A DNA stretch of 64,000 nucleotides from Gammaproteobacteria bacterium (GTDB lineage Bacteria; Pseudomonadota; Gammaproteobacteria; GCA-2400775). The notes beneath the pieces were generated by a model, which saw nothing but the letters and a program-made list of their open reading frames with translations, ran no database searches and had not been told where the DNA came from. The translations under genes were made by a program, and so were the position numbers. Positions 1 to 12,190 of the stretch are shown piece by piece (position 1 is the first letter of the stretch; every line of letters begins with the position of its first letter). The DNA lies in NCBI GenBank assembly GCA_015492075.1, contig WGFU01000037.1:1425-65424 (forward strand), read 5' to 3'.

Positions 1-246
1 AGTGTTGGGGAAGGGACACCCATGTTTTCAATTACCCGACCTTTTGATGGTAACCCTACTACAGTGGGAAATGGAGGCATGATTGCATTGAAAGCGGAAA
101 GTTCGGAGGCAGTGGATTCTTTTCACACCAAAGCACTATCCCTTGGCGCTGTCGATGAAGGCGCGCCCGGCAAGCGCGAAGGTGGTTTTTATTGCGCCTA
201 TTTTCGTGATTGAGATGGTAACAAGTTAAACTATTATCATCAGTGA
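1..246 (+). pseudogene. VOC/glyoxalase family protein, 5'-partial, with an in-frame TGA at 211-213
   Basis: Frame is open from base 1 (SVGEGTPMFSITRPFDG...GAVDEGAPGKR...AYFRD). After the TGA it continues DGNKLNYYHQ*, completing the typical YFRDxDGNKL end of this family. Confidence 0.75.
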
Positions 247-254
247 TTCATTCC

Positions 255-330
255 ACATAACAAGTACATTCAGCGACCGGCGAAAAGCACCATGCCTCTT
301 TATGCCTCTTTCACAGCCACTGATATAGTG
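255..330 (+). mobile_element. degenerate attC-like (integron cassette) site
   Basis: ACATAACAAGTACATTCAGCG begins 8 nt after the VOC stop and resembles the left end of an attC site. No clear GTTRRRY right end; right boundary approximate. Confidence 0.35.
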
Positions 331-411
331 ATAACAGGTGTAAGAGATAGATAATAAATTTTAAGAACTGAAAACCCTGAGCTTGCAGGGCCCCATTGAG
401 AGGAAGCTGTA

Positions 412-1722
412 TTGGAAAATCATTCGCAACATAATAAATCGTCGCAGTATAAAAAAAACAGCCTGACATTGGTGGGCGCCGTATCGATGGGCACCGGGGT
501 AATGATCGGTGCCGGCATACTTGCTCTGACGGGACAGATTGCTGAACTCGCTGGTTCACTATTCCCTCTGGCTTTTCTTGCCGCGGCAGTGGTGACCGCT
601 TTTAGCGCATATTCCTATGTGAAATTATCCAATGCTTATCCTTCTGCCGGCGGCATTGCCATGTTTTTGCAAAAAGCCTATGGCAAGGGGGTGTTGACGG
701 CTGCCGGCGCACTGCTCATGTATTTTTCGATGGTCATCAATCAGAGCCTGGTGGCAAAAACTTTCGGCACCTACAGTATACAACTGTTCGATATTGACGC
801 TGGCAGTTGGATAGTACCGGCTCTAGCGGTCGGGCTGCTGGTGTTTGCCTTTTTGCTCAACATCTCAGGCAATCGTGCTATTGGTCTTTTTTCACTGCTG
901 ATGGCCTTTATCAAAATTGGCGGTATTGTAGTATTTGCCCTTGGCGGTTTGTGGATGGCTGATTTTTCGTTTGAAAGTAGTTCGGCAAGCATAACAGAGT
1001 CTTCCGCGACTGGCTTCATCGCGGCCATGGCGCTGGCCATTCTGGCTTATAAAGGGTTTACCACCATTACCAATAGCGGCTCAGAGATTGTTGATCCACA
1101 TCGTAATGTAGGTCGCGCCATTATCATTTCAATTGCGGTCTGTGTCGTGATTTACATCCTGGTTGCGCTGGCGGTAGCAGGCAACCTGAGTTTGACGGAA
1201 ATCATTGCGGCAAAGGATTTCGCCCTGGCAGAGGCGGCGCGTCCGGCGCTGGGGGATTACGGTTTATGGTTCACCGTTGCCTTGGCAATTGTCGCCACAA
1301 CTTCGGGCGTTATCGCCAGTATATTTGCGGTATCACGTATGCTGGCGATGTTGACTGACATGAAGCTGGTACCGCACCGCCATTTTGGCATGCCGGGTAG
1401 CATCCAAAATCATGCTCTGGTTTACACTATTGCGGTAGCCATATTCCTGACCCTGTTTTTCGATTTGACTCGTATTGCCTCGCTAGGGGCCATTTTCTAT
1501 TTATTAATGGACATCGCTATACATTGGGGCGTGTTGCGTCACTTGCGCAAGGAAATCAAGGCCAATGCTGTTATTTTGATTGCCGCGATTGTTTTTGATG
1601 TCGTTGTACTGGCTGCATTTCTGACGGTAAAAGCGTCCACAGACATGATGGTGATCTACTCGGCATTAGTGGGAATTCTAGTGATATTTATCGGCGAGAG
1701 AATGTTCTTGCGCGAACGTTAA
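412..1722 (+). CDS. APC family amino acid permease
   Basis: About 12 hydrophobic segments, GxMIGAGI motif in TM1, YPSAGG and AYKGF motifs; TTG start after GAGAGGA. Confidence 0.9.
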   Translation: MENHSQHNKSSQYKKNSLTLVGAVSMGTGVMIGAGILALTGQIAELAGSLFPLAFLAAAVVTAFSAYSYVKLSNAYPSAGGIAMFLQKAYGKGVLTAAGALLMYFSMVINQSLVAKTFGTYSIQLFDIDAGSWIVPALAVGLLVFAFLLNISGNRAIGLFSLLMAFIKIGGIVVFALGGLWMADFSFESSSASITESSATGFIAAMALAILAYKGFTTITNSGSEIVDPHRNVGRAIIISIAVCVVIYILVALAVAGNLSLTEIIAAKDFALAEAARPALGDYGLWFTVALAIVATTSGVIASIFAVSRMLAMLTDMKLVPHRHFGMPGSIQNHALVYTIAVAIFLTLFFDLTRIASLGAIFYLLMDIAIHWGVLRHLRKEIKANAVILIAAIVFDVVVLAAFLTVKASTDMMVIYSALVGILVIFIGERMFLRER

Positions 1723-1732
1723 AGAGTGCCAC

Positions 1733-1767
1733 ACATAACACTCGCTCCAGCCTTCGGCTGTTCAGCC
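1733..1767 (+). mobile_element. truncated attC-like site
   Basis: ACATAACACTCGCTCCAGCCTTCGGCTG 10 nt after the permease stop, with the same ACATAACA start as 255. Confidence 0.35.
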
Positions 1768-1984
1768 AAATAAACTAGACCGGTGTTCCTGACAATTTTG
1801 TGACATTAAAAGCAACTCACCCAAGAGAGGGAAAAGGGATAATGGCTAGCACTGGAAGTGAGAAAAGTCCTTGTCGCCTCGACCTTAACCTTTGACATGC
1901 TCGGTGTTTGGGTGCTCCCTTGAGGGAGAAGGAATTGAAGCGAGTTTTTGCTTTTACAAAAATGACAAAACAGTTATAAAACAA

Positions 1985-2010
1985 AAACGGCTAGCAAAAG
2001 CTAGCCGTTT
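1985..2010 (-). terminator. intrinsic terminator of rpoH (possibly bidirectional)
   Basis: AAACGGCTAGC-AAAA-GCTAGCCGTTT perfect inverted repeat flanked by A/T runs. Confidence 0.85.
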
Positions 2011-2036
2011 ATAGAGTTATGTAAGCAAGTGTACGT

Positions 2037-2897
2037 TTAAGCCATCATCGCCTTTTTGATTTTACCCATTGCGCTTTTTTCAAGTTGGCGGATACGCTCG
2101 GCAGAGATATTGTATTCCGTTGCTAACTCTTGCAAGGTCGCTTTACCTTCATCGGCCAACCAACGACGTTGTACAATATCACGGCTGCGCTCATCTAGCT
2201 CTGTCATCGCCTTGAGTAAACCGCTATTGCTGTGGCTTGCCCAGTTAGCTTTCTCTACCAACTCAGCAGGGTCTGCGTCTTCATTCGTGAGATAGGCTGC
2301 CGGAGAAAAAGCACGCTCATCCTCGTCGCTCGCTTCCGGGCCTGGATCAAATGAGGCGTCATGTGCGCTCATGCGTTTTTCCATTTCAAGCACAGTCTCT
2401 GTTGGCACACCAAGATCTTTGGCAACCGCTTTGACTTCATCATGACTAAACCAACCAAGGCGTTTTTTGCTGCTACGCAGGTTAAAAAACAATTTGCGCT
2501 GCGCTTTGGTGGTCGCCACTTTAACAATACGCCAGTTACGCAAAATAAATTCGTGGATTTCGGCGCGGATCCAATGCACAGCAAAGGAGATAAGACGTAC
2601 GCCAACTTCCGGGTCAAAGCGCTTTACGGCCTTCATCAAGCCGATATTACCTTCCTGTATGAGGTCGGCCTGCTGCAGACCATAACCATTGTAGCCGCGG
2701 GCGATATGCACGACAAAACGCAATTGAGACATAATTAATCGACGTGCGGCTTCCAGGTCTTCTTGTTCGCGAAAGCGACGAGCAAGCTCGCGCTCTTCCT
2801 CTACTGGCAAAACAGGGACACGGGCAACCGCTTGGCAATATGATTCGATACTGCCGACTGGGATAATCAAATTCATCGAGTTCATATTAGTGGTCAT
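2037..2897 (-). CDS. rpoH: RNA polymerase sigma-32 factor
   Basis: [14 protein letters not shown], RpoH box [18 protein letters not shown]; downstream of ftsX. Confidence 0.97.
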   Translation of the reverse strand: MTTNMNSMNLIIPVGSIESYCQAVARVPVLPVEEERELARRFREQEDLEAARRLIMSQLRFVVHIARGYNGYGLQQADLIQEGNIGLMKAVKRFDPEVGVRLISFAVHWIRAEIHEFILRNWRIVKVATTKAQRKLFFNLRSSKKRLGWFSHDEVKAVAKDLGVPTETVLEMEKRMSAHDASFDPGPEASDEDERAFSPAAYLTNEDADPAELVEKANWASHSNSGLLKAMTELDERSRDIVQRRWLADEGKATLQELATEYNISAERIRQLEKSAMGKIKKAMMA

Positions 2898-2927
2898 TAT
2901 TCCGTCCTTCGTAGTCTGCGCATAATT

Positions 2928-2954
2928 TTAGCACTCTCCTACTTCGAGTGCTAA
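2928..2954. promoter_or_regulatory. CIRCE element (HrcA operator)
   Basis: Exact TTAGCACTC-N9(TCCTACTTC)-GAGTGCTAA, 30 nt upstream of the rpoH start. Confidence 0.93.
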
Positions 2955-2969
2955 TTATAGCGGAAGTTC
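2943..2969 (-). promoter_or_regulatory. sigmaE-like promoter for rpoH
   Basis: Minus strand reads GAACTT-N16-TCGAA; a TATAAT hexamer lies within the spacer. Confidence 0.65.
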
Positions 2970-3011
2970 AATTGAAACCTTAACATTTATACCTAAAAAC
3001 TATCGTAAACC

Positions 3012-3041
3012 GATCAACTATTGATCAACTATTGATCAACT
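3012..3041. repeat. 11-bp tandem repeat GATCAACTATT, about 2.7 copies
   Basis: gatcaactatt gatcaactatt gatcaact read directly between ftsX and rpoH. Confidence 0.8.
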
Positions 3042-3057
3042 TGGCGATTGTCGTGCC

Positions 3058-4089
3058 TTAAGTCGGCTGAATATCACGTAAATGGCGGCTTACCGCCAAC
3101 CAGGAGCCTCCCCAGCCTAATAAGACGGCCCCGATAACAACCGTGCCGGTGGTCGATAAATCGACAGCTAACAAGCCAAAACTGTCATCATAAAGCCGCG
3201 CCAAGGCTTTCACAGGACCACGAATCGCCAACAAAGCGATATTGATGAGGATTAAAGCAAAAACCCCGCCAAAGAGCCCATACCAAAGCCCACTGTAAAG
3301 AAATGGTCGCCGAATAAAGCCATCAGTACCACCAATCAGCTTGGTAATCTGAATTTCAGCGCGGCGGCCTTCGATACTGAGTCGTATGGTATTGCCAACC
3401 ACCAGCAATACCGCCAAACCCAGCAAACAGGCAAGCACGATAATCGCGCGTTGACCGATATCGACAATGGCATACAAACGCTCTAACCAGCGCCGGTCAA
3501 GCTGAACAAAGTCGACTTCGGCCTTCGCCTCTAAACGCGCAGCCAGTTTAGTCATAGCCTGCGTATCAGTAGCGCTGGCTTGAACAATAATGATACCCGG
3601 CAGCGGGTTGTCATCCAACACCTCGAGGCTATCACCCAGATCAGCTAACTGGCTAAACTCGATGAGTACTGCGGCCGGATCACGGTACTCAAAATCGCTA
3701 ATCTCCGCATCCTGTTTAAATTCATCAAGCAGCTTATTAAGCCGTGCTGCGGGCAGTTCTTTTTGCAAGAAGACCGAGAGCTGCGTCGCGCTTTGCCATT
3801 GGTCATCAAAACCACGCAGGTTTTTAATCACCAGATACAAACCGGTCGGCAAGGCCAAGGCAATACCGATTACCATGATGGTCATGATGCTGGCCAGCGG
3901 GGCCTTGCGTAAACGGCCCAAGCTATCAATGAAGGCCTGGGCATGGCGCAAGACATAAAGGCGTAACCGCATGCGCAGACCACCCGCACGTGGTGCGCGC
4001 CGGTGCCGGGCGCTGACGCCTTTCAAATGGGCCGATGCATGGTCGCGTCGGCTCGAGGGGCGACGCTGCTGAGACTGGCGCCGCTTCAT
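3058..4089 (-). CDS. ftsX: cell division permease FtsX
   Basis: IGIALALP, GNTIRLSI...EI...KLIGGT..FIRRPFLY; 4-nt overlap with ftsE. Confidence 0.96.
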   Translation of the reverse strand: MKRRQSQQRRPSSRRDHASAHLKGVSARHRRAPRAGGLRMRLRLYVLRHAQAFIDSLGRLRKAPLASIMTIMVIGIALALPTGLYLVIKNLRGFDDQWQSATQLSVFLQKELPAARLNKLLDEFKQDAEISDFEYRDPAAVLIEFSQLADLGDSLEVLDDNPLPGIIIVQASATDTQAMTKLAARLEAKAEVDFVQLDRRWLERLYAIVDIGQRAIIVLACLLGLAVLLVVGNTIRLSIEGRRAEIQITKLIGGTDGFIRRPFLYSGLWYGLFGGVFALILINIALLAIRGPVKALARLYDDSFGLLAVDLSTTGTVVIGAVLLGWGGSWLAVSRHLRDIQPT

Positions 4090-4760
4090 GCCAGCACCCT
4101 GTCATCGACCAGGCGGCCTTGCTTTAAAGTCAGCACACGCGTGCGCATACTGGCAATAAGGGCCAAATCATGGCTGGCTATCATGACGCTGACGCCGACC
4201 TGGTTAAATTGCTGAAAGAGCGTCATGATTTCTGCAGACAATTCCGGGTCCAGGTTTCCGGTCGGCTCGTCGGCGAGCAATAGAGGAGGACGATTGACCA
4301 CGGCACGGGCAATACCGACACGCTGTTGTTCGCCGCCGGATAAGCGCTGCGGATTCATTTTTTCTTTATCCAGCAGACCCACTTTGTCCAGGGCCGCGCG
4401 TACGCGCCTGGCAATCTCGGCGTGCTCAAGTTGGCCGCTAACAATCAAGGGCAGCGCAACATTGTCAAACACGGTGCGATCGTTGAGCAGGCAATGATCT
4501 TGAAAGACGATGCCGACATTACGTCGTAAAAACGGTACCTGCCGCGGCTTTACTTTCGCCAGATCTTTACCGTAGACAAAAAGGCGGCCGCTGCTCGGCC
4601 GCTCTATCAGGGCAATCAAGCGCAACAAGCTGCTTTTACCGGCGCCGGAATGGCCTGTCAAAAAGGCCATTTCACCACGATCCAACGTAAAATTGATGTC
4701 ATGCAAGGCATCGCGACTGCCTTCATAACGCTTGGAAACATGGTCGAATTCAATAATCAT
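4086..4760 (-). CDS. ftsE: cell division ATP-binding protein FtsE
   Basis: [26 protein letters not shown]; between ftsY and ftsX. Confidence 0.97.
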   Translation of the reverse strand: MIIEFDHVSKRYEGSRDALHDINFTLDRGEMAFLTGHSGAGKSSLLRLIALIERPSSGRLFVYGKDLAKVKPRQVPFLRRNVGIVFQDHCLLNDRTVFDNVALPLIVSGQLEHAEIARRVRAALDKVGLLDKEKMNPQRLSGGEQQRVGIARAVVNRPPLLLADEPTGNLDPELSAEIMTLFQQFNQVGVSVMIASHDLALIASMRTRVLTLKQGRLVDDRVLA

Positions 4761-4788
4761 CGAGCTAACGGCGTCTTCCCAGTATTTA

Positions 4789-5772
4789 TTATTCTTCTAC
4801 AGCCAGTAGTGAATCGACAAAGTCCTCGGCGTCAAAGAGGCGCAGGTCATCGATACCTTCGCCGACACCGATATAGCGAATGGGGATACCAAGCTTATGG
4901 GCGATGGCAAAGGTAATCCCCCCTTTAGCGGTACCGTCAAGCTTGGTCAGAACGATACCGGTCACGCCCACTGCCTCATTAAATTGCTGTGCCTGCACCA
5001 GGCCATTTTGCCCGGTCGTGGCGTCAATCACAATCCAGGTTTCATGTGGTGCATCGGGTAGCTCGCGCGCGATCACTCGCTTGATCTTTTGCAGCTCGGC
5101 TATCAAATTCGATTGCGTGTGTAAACGACCTGCGGTATCAGCCAGCAGCACGTCGATATCGCGCGCCTTGGCAGCATTAATGGCATCAAAACTGACTGCG
5201 GCCGGATCGGCATCCTGACCTTGCGCAATCACCGGAATATCGTTGCGCTCACCCCACACTTGCAGCTGTTCTACCGCCGCCGCGCGGAAGGTGTCGCCAG
5301 CAGAAAGCATGACACGCTTGCCATCGCTTTGAAACTGCTTGGCGAGCTTGCCAATGGTGGTGGTTTTGCCGACACCATTAACTCCCACCATCATCAACAC
5401 CCAAGGCTTGGCGCTATACAGCTCAACCGGCTTACTGACCGGTGCCAATGCCGCCAACAGTTCTTCACGCAAGGCCGCCAGTAACTGATCGACATCAGAC
5501 AATTGATTACGCTTTAGCCGTGTTTGCAGCGAAGCAATAATCTCCATGGTCAGCTCAACACCCATATCGGCGCTTAGCAGCCGCGTTTCCAACGCATCCA
5601 GCACCTCATCATCGATTTTTTTCTTGCCTGACACAAGGCCGGCCAAACCGCCGGTCAGGCCTTTACGGGTGCGCGACAGGCCACTTTTCAATCTTCCCCA
5701 CAGGCCTTTATCCCCCCCGCTATCTTCGGGGCGATCCTCTTCTGCACTTTTGTTTTTGAAACCAAACACCAT
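4789..5772 (-). CDS. ftsY: signal recognition particle receptor FtsY (short N-terminal domain)
   Basis: GVNGVGKTTT, DTFRAAA, DTAGR, TKLDGTAKGG. Start may be ATG 5772 or TTG 5784. Confidence 0.97.
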   Translation of the reverse strand: MVFGFKNKSAEEDRPEDSGGDKGLWGRLKSGLSRTRKGLTGGLAGLVSGKKKIDDEVLDALETRLLSADMGVELTMEIIASLQTRLKRNQLSDVDQLLAALREELLAALAPVSKPVELYSAKPWVLMMVGVNGVGKTTTIGKLAKQFQSDGKRVMLSAGDTFRAAAVEQLQVWGERNDIPVIAQGQDADPAAVSFDAINAAKARDIDVLLADTAGRLHTQSNLIAELQKIKRVIARELPDAPHETWIVIDATTGQNGLVQAQQFNEAVGVTGIVLTKLDGTAKGGITFAIAHKLGIPIRYIGVGEGIDDLRLFDAEDFVDSLLAVEE

Positions 5773-5912
5773 CTTTTCACTCAAAACTTGGCGCGTGAGG
5801 CTGCCAACACGGTAACATCACGCTTTTGTAAAGCGCACTATCCTACCATCTAGTGCCGAATTCTGAATGACTGTTTTAGTCGGGACGCTATTCCCAGGGA
5901 ACACAACGAACA

Positions 5913-7298
5913 ATGCGAACAAAACAAACACTATTGAGTCTGGGGCTGGCCGCTCTGCTGGCGGCCATGACGCCTCCACTGCAGGCAAAGCCCAGCGACA
6001 ATACCCACGAATTCATCTTTGATAACGGCCTCAAACTGATCGTCAAAGAAGATCACCGGGCACCGGTACTGGTTTCCCAGATCTGGTACAAAGTCGGCAG
6101 CACCTATGAATATGACGGCATTACCGGTATTTCCCATGTACTGGAACATATGATGTTCAAGGGCACGAAAAAGTTTCCCGCCGGCGCCTTTGACCGCATC
6201 GTCTCCGACAACGGCGGCCGCCATAACGCCTTCACCAGTCAAGATTACACCGGCTATTATCAAGAGTTTGAAAAAAGCCGGCTCGCTATAAGCTTTGAGC
6301 TGGAAGCCGATCGTATGCGCAATTTATTGTTGCCTGAGGATGAATTCAAGAAAGAAATCCGAGTCGTGATGGAAGAACGCCAGCTACGCACGGAAGACAA
6401 TCCGCAAGCGCTCACCTATGAACAATTTAATGCCGCCGCTTTTCTCAGCAGTCCGTCACGCTTTCCCGTCGTCGGCTGGATGAATGACCTGGAAAATATG
6501 ACCATAAATGACCTGCATGCCTGGTACCAGCAATGGTACGCACCCAACAATGCGACTGTCGTCGTGGTCGGCGATGTCGACCCGAATGAAGTTCACGCGC
6601 TGGCAAAAAAATATTTTTCACCCATCAAAGCGAGTCCTGTCATCGCCCCCAAGCCACGCCGTGAAATCAAACAAAGTGGCATGCGCACTCTTGTTGTCAA
6701 AGCACCTGCAGAACTACCCTATTTCATCATGGGCTATAAGGTACCGTCACTGCTAACAGCCGAGGATGAATCAGACGTCTATGCGCTGGCAGTTTTATCA
6801 GCCGTACTCGATGGCGGCAACAGCTCGCGCTTTGCAAAAAAACTGGTTCGCGGTAGTGAGGTTGCAGCCAATGCGGGCACTGGCTACAGCATGCAGGCGC
6901 GTAGTGATACTCTGTTCTATATTGACGGCACACCTGCGCAAGGCAAAACGATTGGCGCACTAAGAAAAGTGATCGATGATGAAATAGAAATACTGAAAAC
7001 AGAATTGGTCAGCAAAAAAGAGTTAGAGCGGATCAAGGCGCAAGTGGTCGCAAGTGAAGTTTACCAACGCGATTCTGTCTCATCACAAGCATCGACGATT
7101 GGAGCACTTGAAAGCATTGGTCTTGACTGGCGCATCATCGACGAGTTCGTCGACAAAATCACTGCGGTCAAGGCAAAAGATATTCAACGCGTCGCCAAAA
7201 AATATCTCATCGATGACAATTTGACCATCGCTGAACTCGATCCGCAGCCGCTTGATCATGCCAGACCTCGACGCCCTGCTGCCAACATTCGCCACTAA
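5913..7298 (+). CDS. M16 (pitrilysin) family zinc peptidase, catalytic subunit, secreted
   Basis: Signal peptide, HVLEH inverted zincin motif, NAFTS. Confidence 0.93.
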   Translation: MRTKQTLLSLGLAALLAAMTPPLQAKPSDNTHEFIFDNGLKLIVKEDHRAPVLVSQIWYKVGSTYEYDGITGISHVLEHMMFKGTKKFPAGAFDRIVSDNGGRHNAFTSQDYTGYYQEFEKSRLAISFELEADRMRNLLLPEDEFKKEIRVVMEERQLRTEDNPQALTYEQFNAAAFLSSPSRFPVVGWMNDLENMTINDLHAWYQQWYAPNNATVVVVGDVDPNEVHALAKKYFSPIKASPVIAPKPRREIKQSGMRTLVVKAPAELPYFIMGYKVPSLLTAEDESDVYALAVLSAVLDGGNSSRFAKKLVRGSEVAANAGTGYSMQARSDTLFYIDGTPAQGKTIGALRKVIDDEIEILKTELVSKKELERIKAQVVASEVYQRDSVSSQASTIGALESIGLDWRIIDEFVDKITAVKAKDIQRVAKKYLIDDNLTIAELDPQPLDHARPRRPAANIRH

Positions 7299-7311
7299 TT
7301 CGAGAGCCGCC

Positions 7312-8649
7312 ATGACAACCCTGATAACACCTGTAAAAAAAATTGTAATGGTATTCATTGCCGTTGCCCTATTTTCCTACGCCCAACTGTCCCATGCCAC
7401 GCCGGAGATACAACACTGGCAAAACACCCATGGCAGCGAGGTATACTTTGTCGCCGCCCCTGAACTGCCCATGATCGATATTCGCATCACCTTTGATGCC
7501 GGCAGTGCGCGCGATGGTGACAAACATGGCCTGGCATTGATAACCAACGGCTTATTGGCCGAGGGTGCCGGCACGTTGGATGCCGATACCATTGCCGAGC
7601 GCTTCGAAGAGGTTGGCGCCAAGTTTGGCAACAGCACCAACCGTGACAGCGCCGCACTTAGCCTGCGCAGCTTGTCGCAGACAAAATGGCTTAAGCCAGC
7701 GCTCGACACCTTTGTCACGGTGCTAAGCCGACCGACCTTTCCCGACATCGCATTGGAACGTGAACGGCAACGCGCGCTGGTGGCGTTGCGCGCACAAAAA
7801 CAATCGCCGCGGGCCTTGGTTGCGAATGCATTATACGAGAGCCTGTATGGTGCTCACGCCTATGCCGCGCCGACGCTCGGCTATGAGACGAGTGTGTCGG
7901 TATTAACACGCAGCGATATCGAGGATTTTTATCAACGCTATTATGTCGCTAGCAATGCAACCATTGCCATCGTTGGCGATCTCGATCGTGCAGGTGCAGA
8001 ATCGCTAGCCAATAGGCTGACCGCAAAATTAGGCAAAGGAGAAAAACCCACCGCAATTGAAGCCGTCGCCTATATGCCGAAGCAAAAACGGCTACATATC
8101 GAGTATCCGTCGACGCAAACGCATATTATGGTCGGCATGCCGTCGCATGCACGTGGCGACGAAGATCACTTTGCCTTGTTTGTCGGCAATCATATATTAG
8201 GCGGTAGCGGTTTTGGTTCGCGCATCACCAAAGCCATTCGTGAAGATCGTGGCCTGGCATACAGTGCTTACAGTTATTTTGCGCCGCTGCGTGCGCAAGG
8301 ACCGTTTGTTGTTGGCTTGCAGACCAGTAATCAGCAAACGACGGAGGCCTTGCAGGTGCTTTACGATACAGTAGCGGCGTTTCTCGAGGAGGGGCCGGAC
8401 GATCATGAGCTGGCCGCAGCGAAGCGTGATATTGTCAACGGCTTCCCTTTGCGCATTGCCAGTAACAGCAGCTTGATTGACTATGTCAGCCTCATCGGCT
8501 TTTATGGCCTGCCATTAGACTACCTCGATGCATTCACCAATAAGGTGGACAACATTAGCAAGCAACAAATACGTGACACCTTTACCAAGCGGATTAAACT
8601 GGACCAGTTGTTCACCGTTACGGTTGGCCAGAGTGTCGATGGAGAATAG
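7312..8649 (+). CDS. M16 family peptidase partner subunit (no HxxEH)
   Basis: Signal peptide, FDAGS, IREDRGLAYS motif; lacks zinc ligands. Start moved to ATG 7312 to avoid overlap. Confidence 0.9.
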   Translation: MTTLITPVKKIVMVFIAVALFSYAQLSHATPEIQHWQNTHGSEVYFVAAPELPMIDIRITFDAGSARDGDKHGLALITNGLLAEGAGTLDADTIAERFEEVGAKFGNSTNRDSAALSLRSLSQTKWLKPALDTFVTVLSRPTFPDIALERERQRALVALRAQKQSPRALVANALYESLYGAHAYAAPTLGYETSVSVLTRSDIEDFYQRYYVASNATIAIVGDLDRAGAESLANRLTAKLGKGEKPTAIEAVAYMPKQKRLHIEYPSTQTHIMVGMPSHARGDEDHFALFVGNHILGGSGFGSRITKAIREDRGLAYSAYSYFAPLRAQGPFVVGLQTSNQQTTEALQVLYDTVAAFLEEGPDDHELAAAKRDIVNGFPLRIASNSSLIDYVSLIGFYGLPLDYLDAFTNKVDNISKQQIRDTFTKRIKLDQLFTVTVGQSVDGE

Positions 8650-8651
8650 TT

Positions 8652-9224
8652 TTGGCTAGCACACGGTCTCGTGGCACATTGCGTGTTATCAGTGGGGAAT
8701 GGCGTTCACGTGTGCTGGACTTCGACGCCACCAGCGGTGTCAGACCTACCACGGGCCGTGTTCGTGAGACGCTGTTTAATTGGCTCCAGCATGCCACCGC
8801 TGGCGCTGCATGTCTCGACTTGTTTGCAGGTAGTGGCGCATTGGGCATTGAAGCACTTTCGCGTGGCGCACGCGAGCTGACCTTTGTTGAACGGTCTAAG
8901 CGCCTGGCCAGTGAGCTGCGCGCGCGCTTAAGTCTGCTCAACGCGCAAGACCGCGCACAGGTTGTTCAGGCTGATGCCAAGGCTTTTTTGCAGACCTGCA
9001 ATAAGCAGTTTGATATTGTCTTTCTTGATCCGCCTTTTTCAACTGATATGACCGATGGCATTTGTGCTACCTTGGAACAGCGCGGGCTATTGAACGCAAA
9101 GGCCTATATCTATATCGAAACACCACGCTCTGGTGAGCCGCCATCATTGCCGTCGAACTGGGCGCTCGGTCGCGCTAAAATAGCCGGACAAGTCAGCTAC
9201 CAGTTGGCACAACGACACGATTAA
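8652..9224 (+). CDS. rsmD: 16S rRNA m2G966 methyltransferase
   Basis: RPT..RVRETLFNWL, LDLFAGSGALGIEALSRGA, FLDPPF. Confidence 0.95.
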   Translation: MASTRSRGTLRVISGEWRSRVLDFDATSGVRPTTGRVRETLFNWLQHATAGAACLDLFAGSGALGIEALSRGARELTFVERSKRLASELRARLSLLNAQDRAQVVQADAKAFLQTCNKQFDIVFLDPPFSTDMTDGICATLEQRGLLNAKAYIYIETPRSGEPPSLPSNWALGRAKIAGQVSYQLAQRHD

Positions 9225-9240
9225 GTAACGAGAAAGCAAC

Positions 9241-11684
<2,444 letters not shown>

Positions 11685-11970
11685 AGAGCACCGTTAATAC
11701 CGAACCGGCATCCCGATGCGTGAGACTATCTCCTTGTTTCGCCAAAGTGGCTTGATTCACACTTTGTCTACGATAGGATTCCTTGTTTTACCTTGAAACA
11801 AAGCTAGCTTCCCTCCCTTTCGGATCAATAAGTTAGCGTCGCCTACAGACTTTTGTTAGCGATCATGCGCCAGCGAGCGCATAATCTCGTCAGCCAGCTT
11901 GTTTAGAGTGAAATAACCCCCTATAATCAGTCGCTAAGTTTTTGTGGTACACACTCTGAGGACTCTGACC

Positions 11971-12093
11971 ATGTATAACATTTTCCCGCTGATCTTGATT
12001 CCGATTGCTATTTTCTTCGGTCTGGCAGTATTTCTTGCAGGATCCATGTCTGAATCTGCCATTGCCTCTTCGCTCGCTGATAAAGACGAATAG
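11971..12093 (+). CDS. 40-aa single-TM microprotein MYNIFPLILIPIAIFFGLAVFLAGSMSESAIASSLADKDE (not in ORF track)
   Basis: GAGGA RBS, ATG..TAG translated by hand, hydrophobic helix plus acidic tail, followed by a GCGGCG/CGCCGC hairpin. Confidence 0.65.
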   Translation: MYNIFPLILIPIAIFFGLAVFLAGSMSESAIASSLADKDE

Positions 12094-12190
12094 AAATTCT
12101 TCGCGGCGGCTGACCTCAAGCGCCGCAATCTGAACTTTTTTCAGCGCTGACAACCTAAATCAAGGTTATCGGTGTCTGTCAGTATTCTTC

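Noticed and set aside
211..213. Selenocysteine or recoded TGA
   Set aside because: The position is normally Leu/Pro rather than Cys, no SECIS-like hairpin is evident, and TGA is an ordinary stop elsewhere in the window.
3012..3041. CRISPR array
   Set aside because: 11-bp repeats with no spacers and no cas genes.
11890..12153. Minus-strand ORFs of 87 and 64 aa
   Set aside because: Shadows of the plus-strand 40-aa ORF, which has an RBS and a TM helix.
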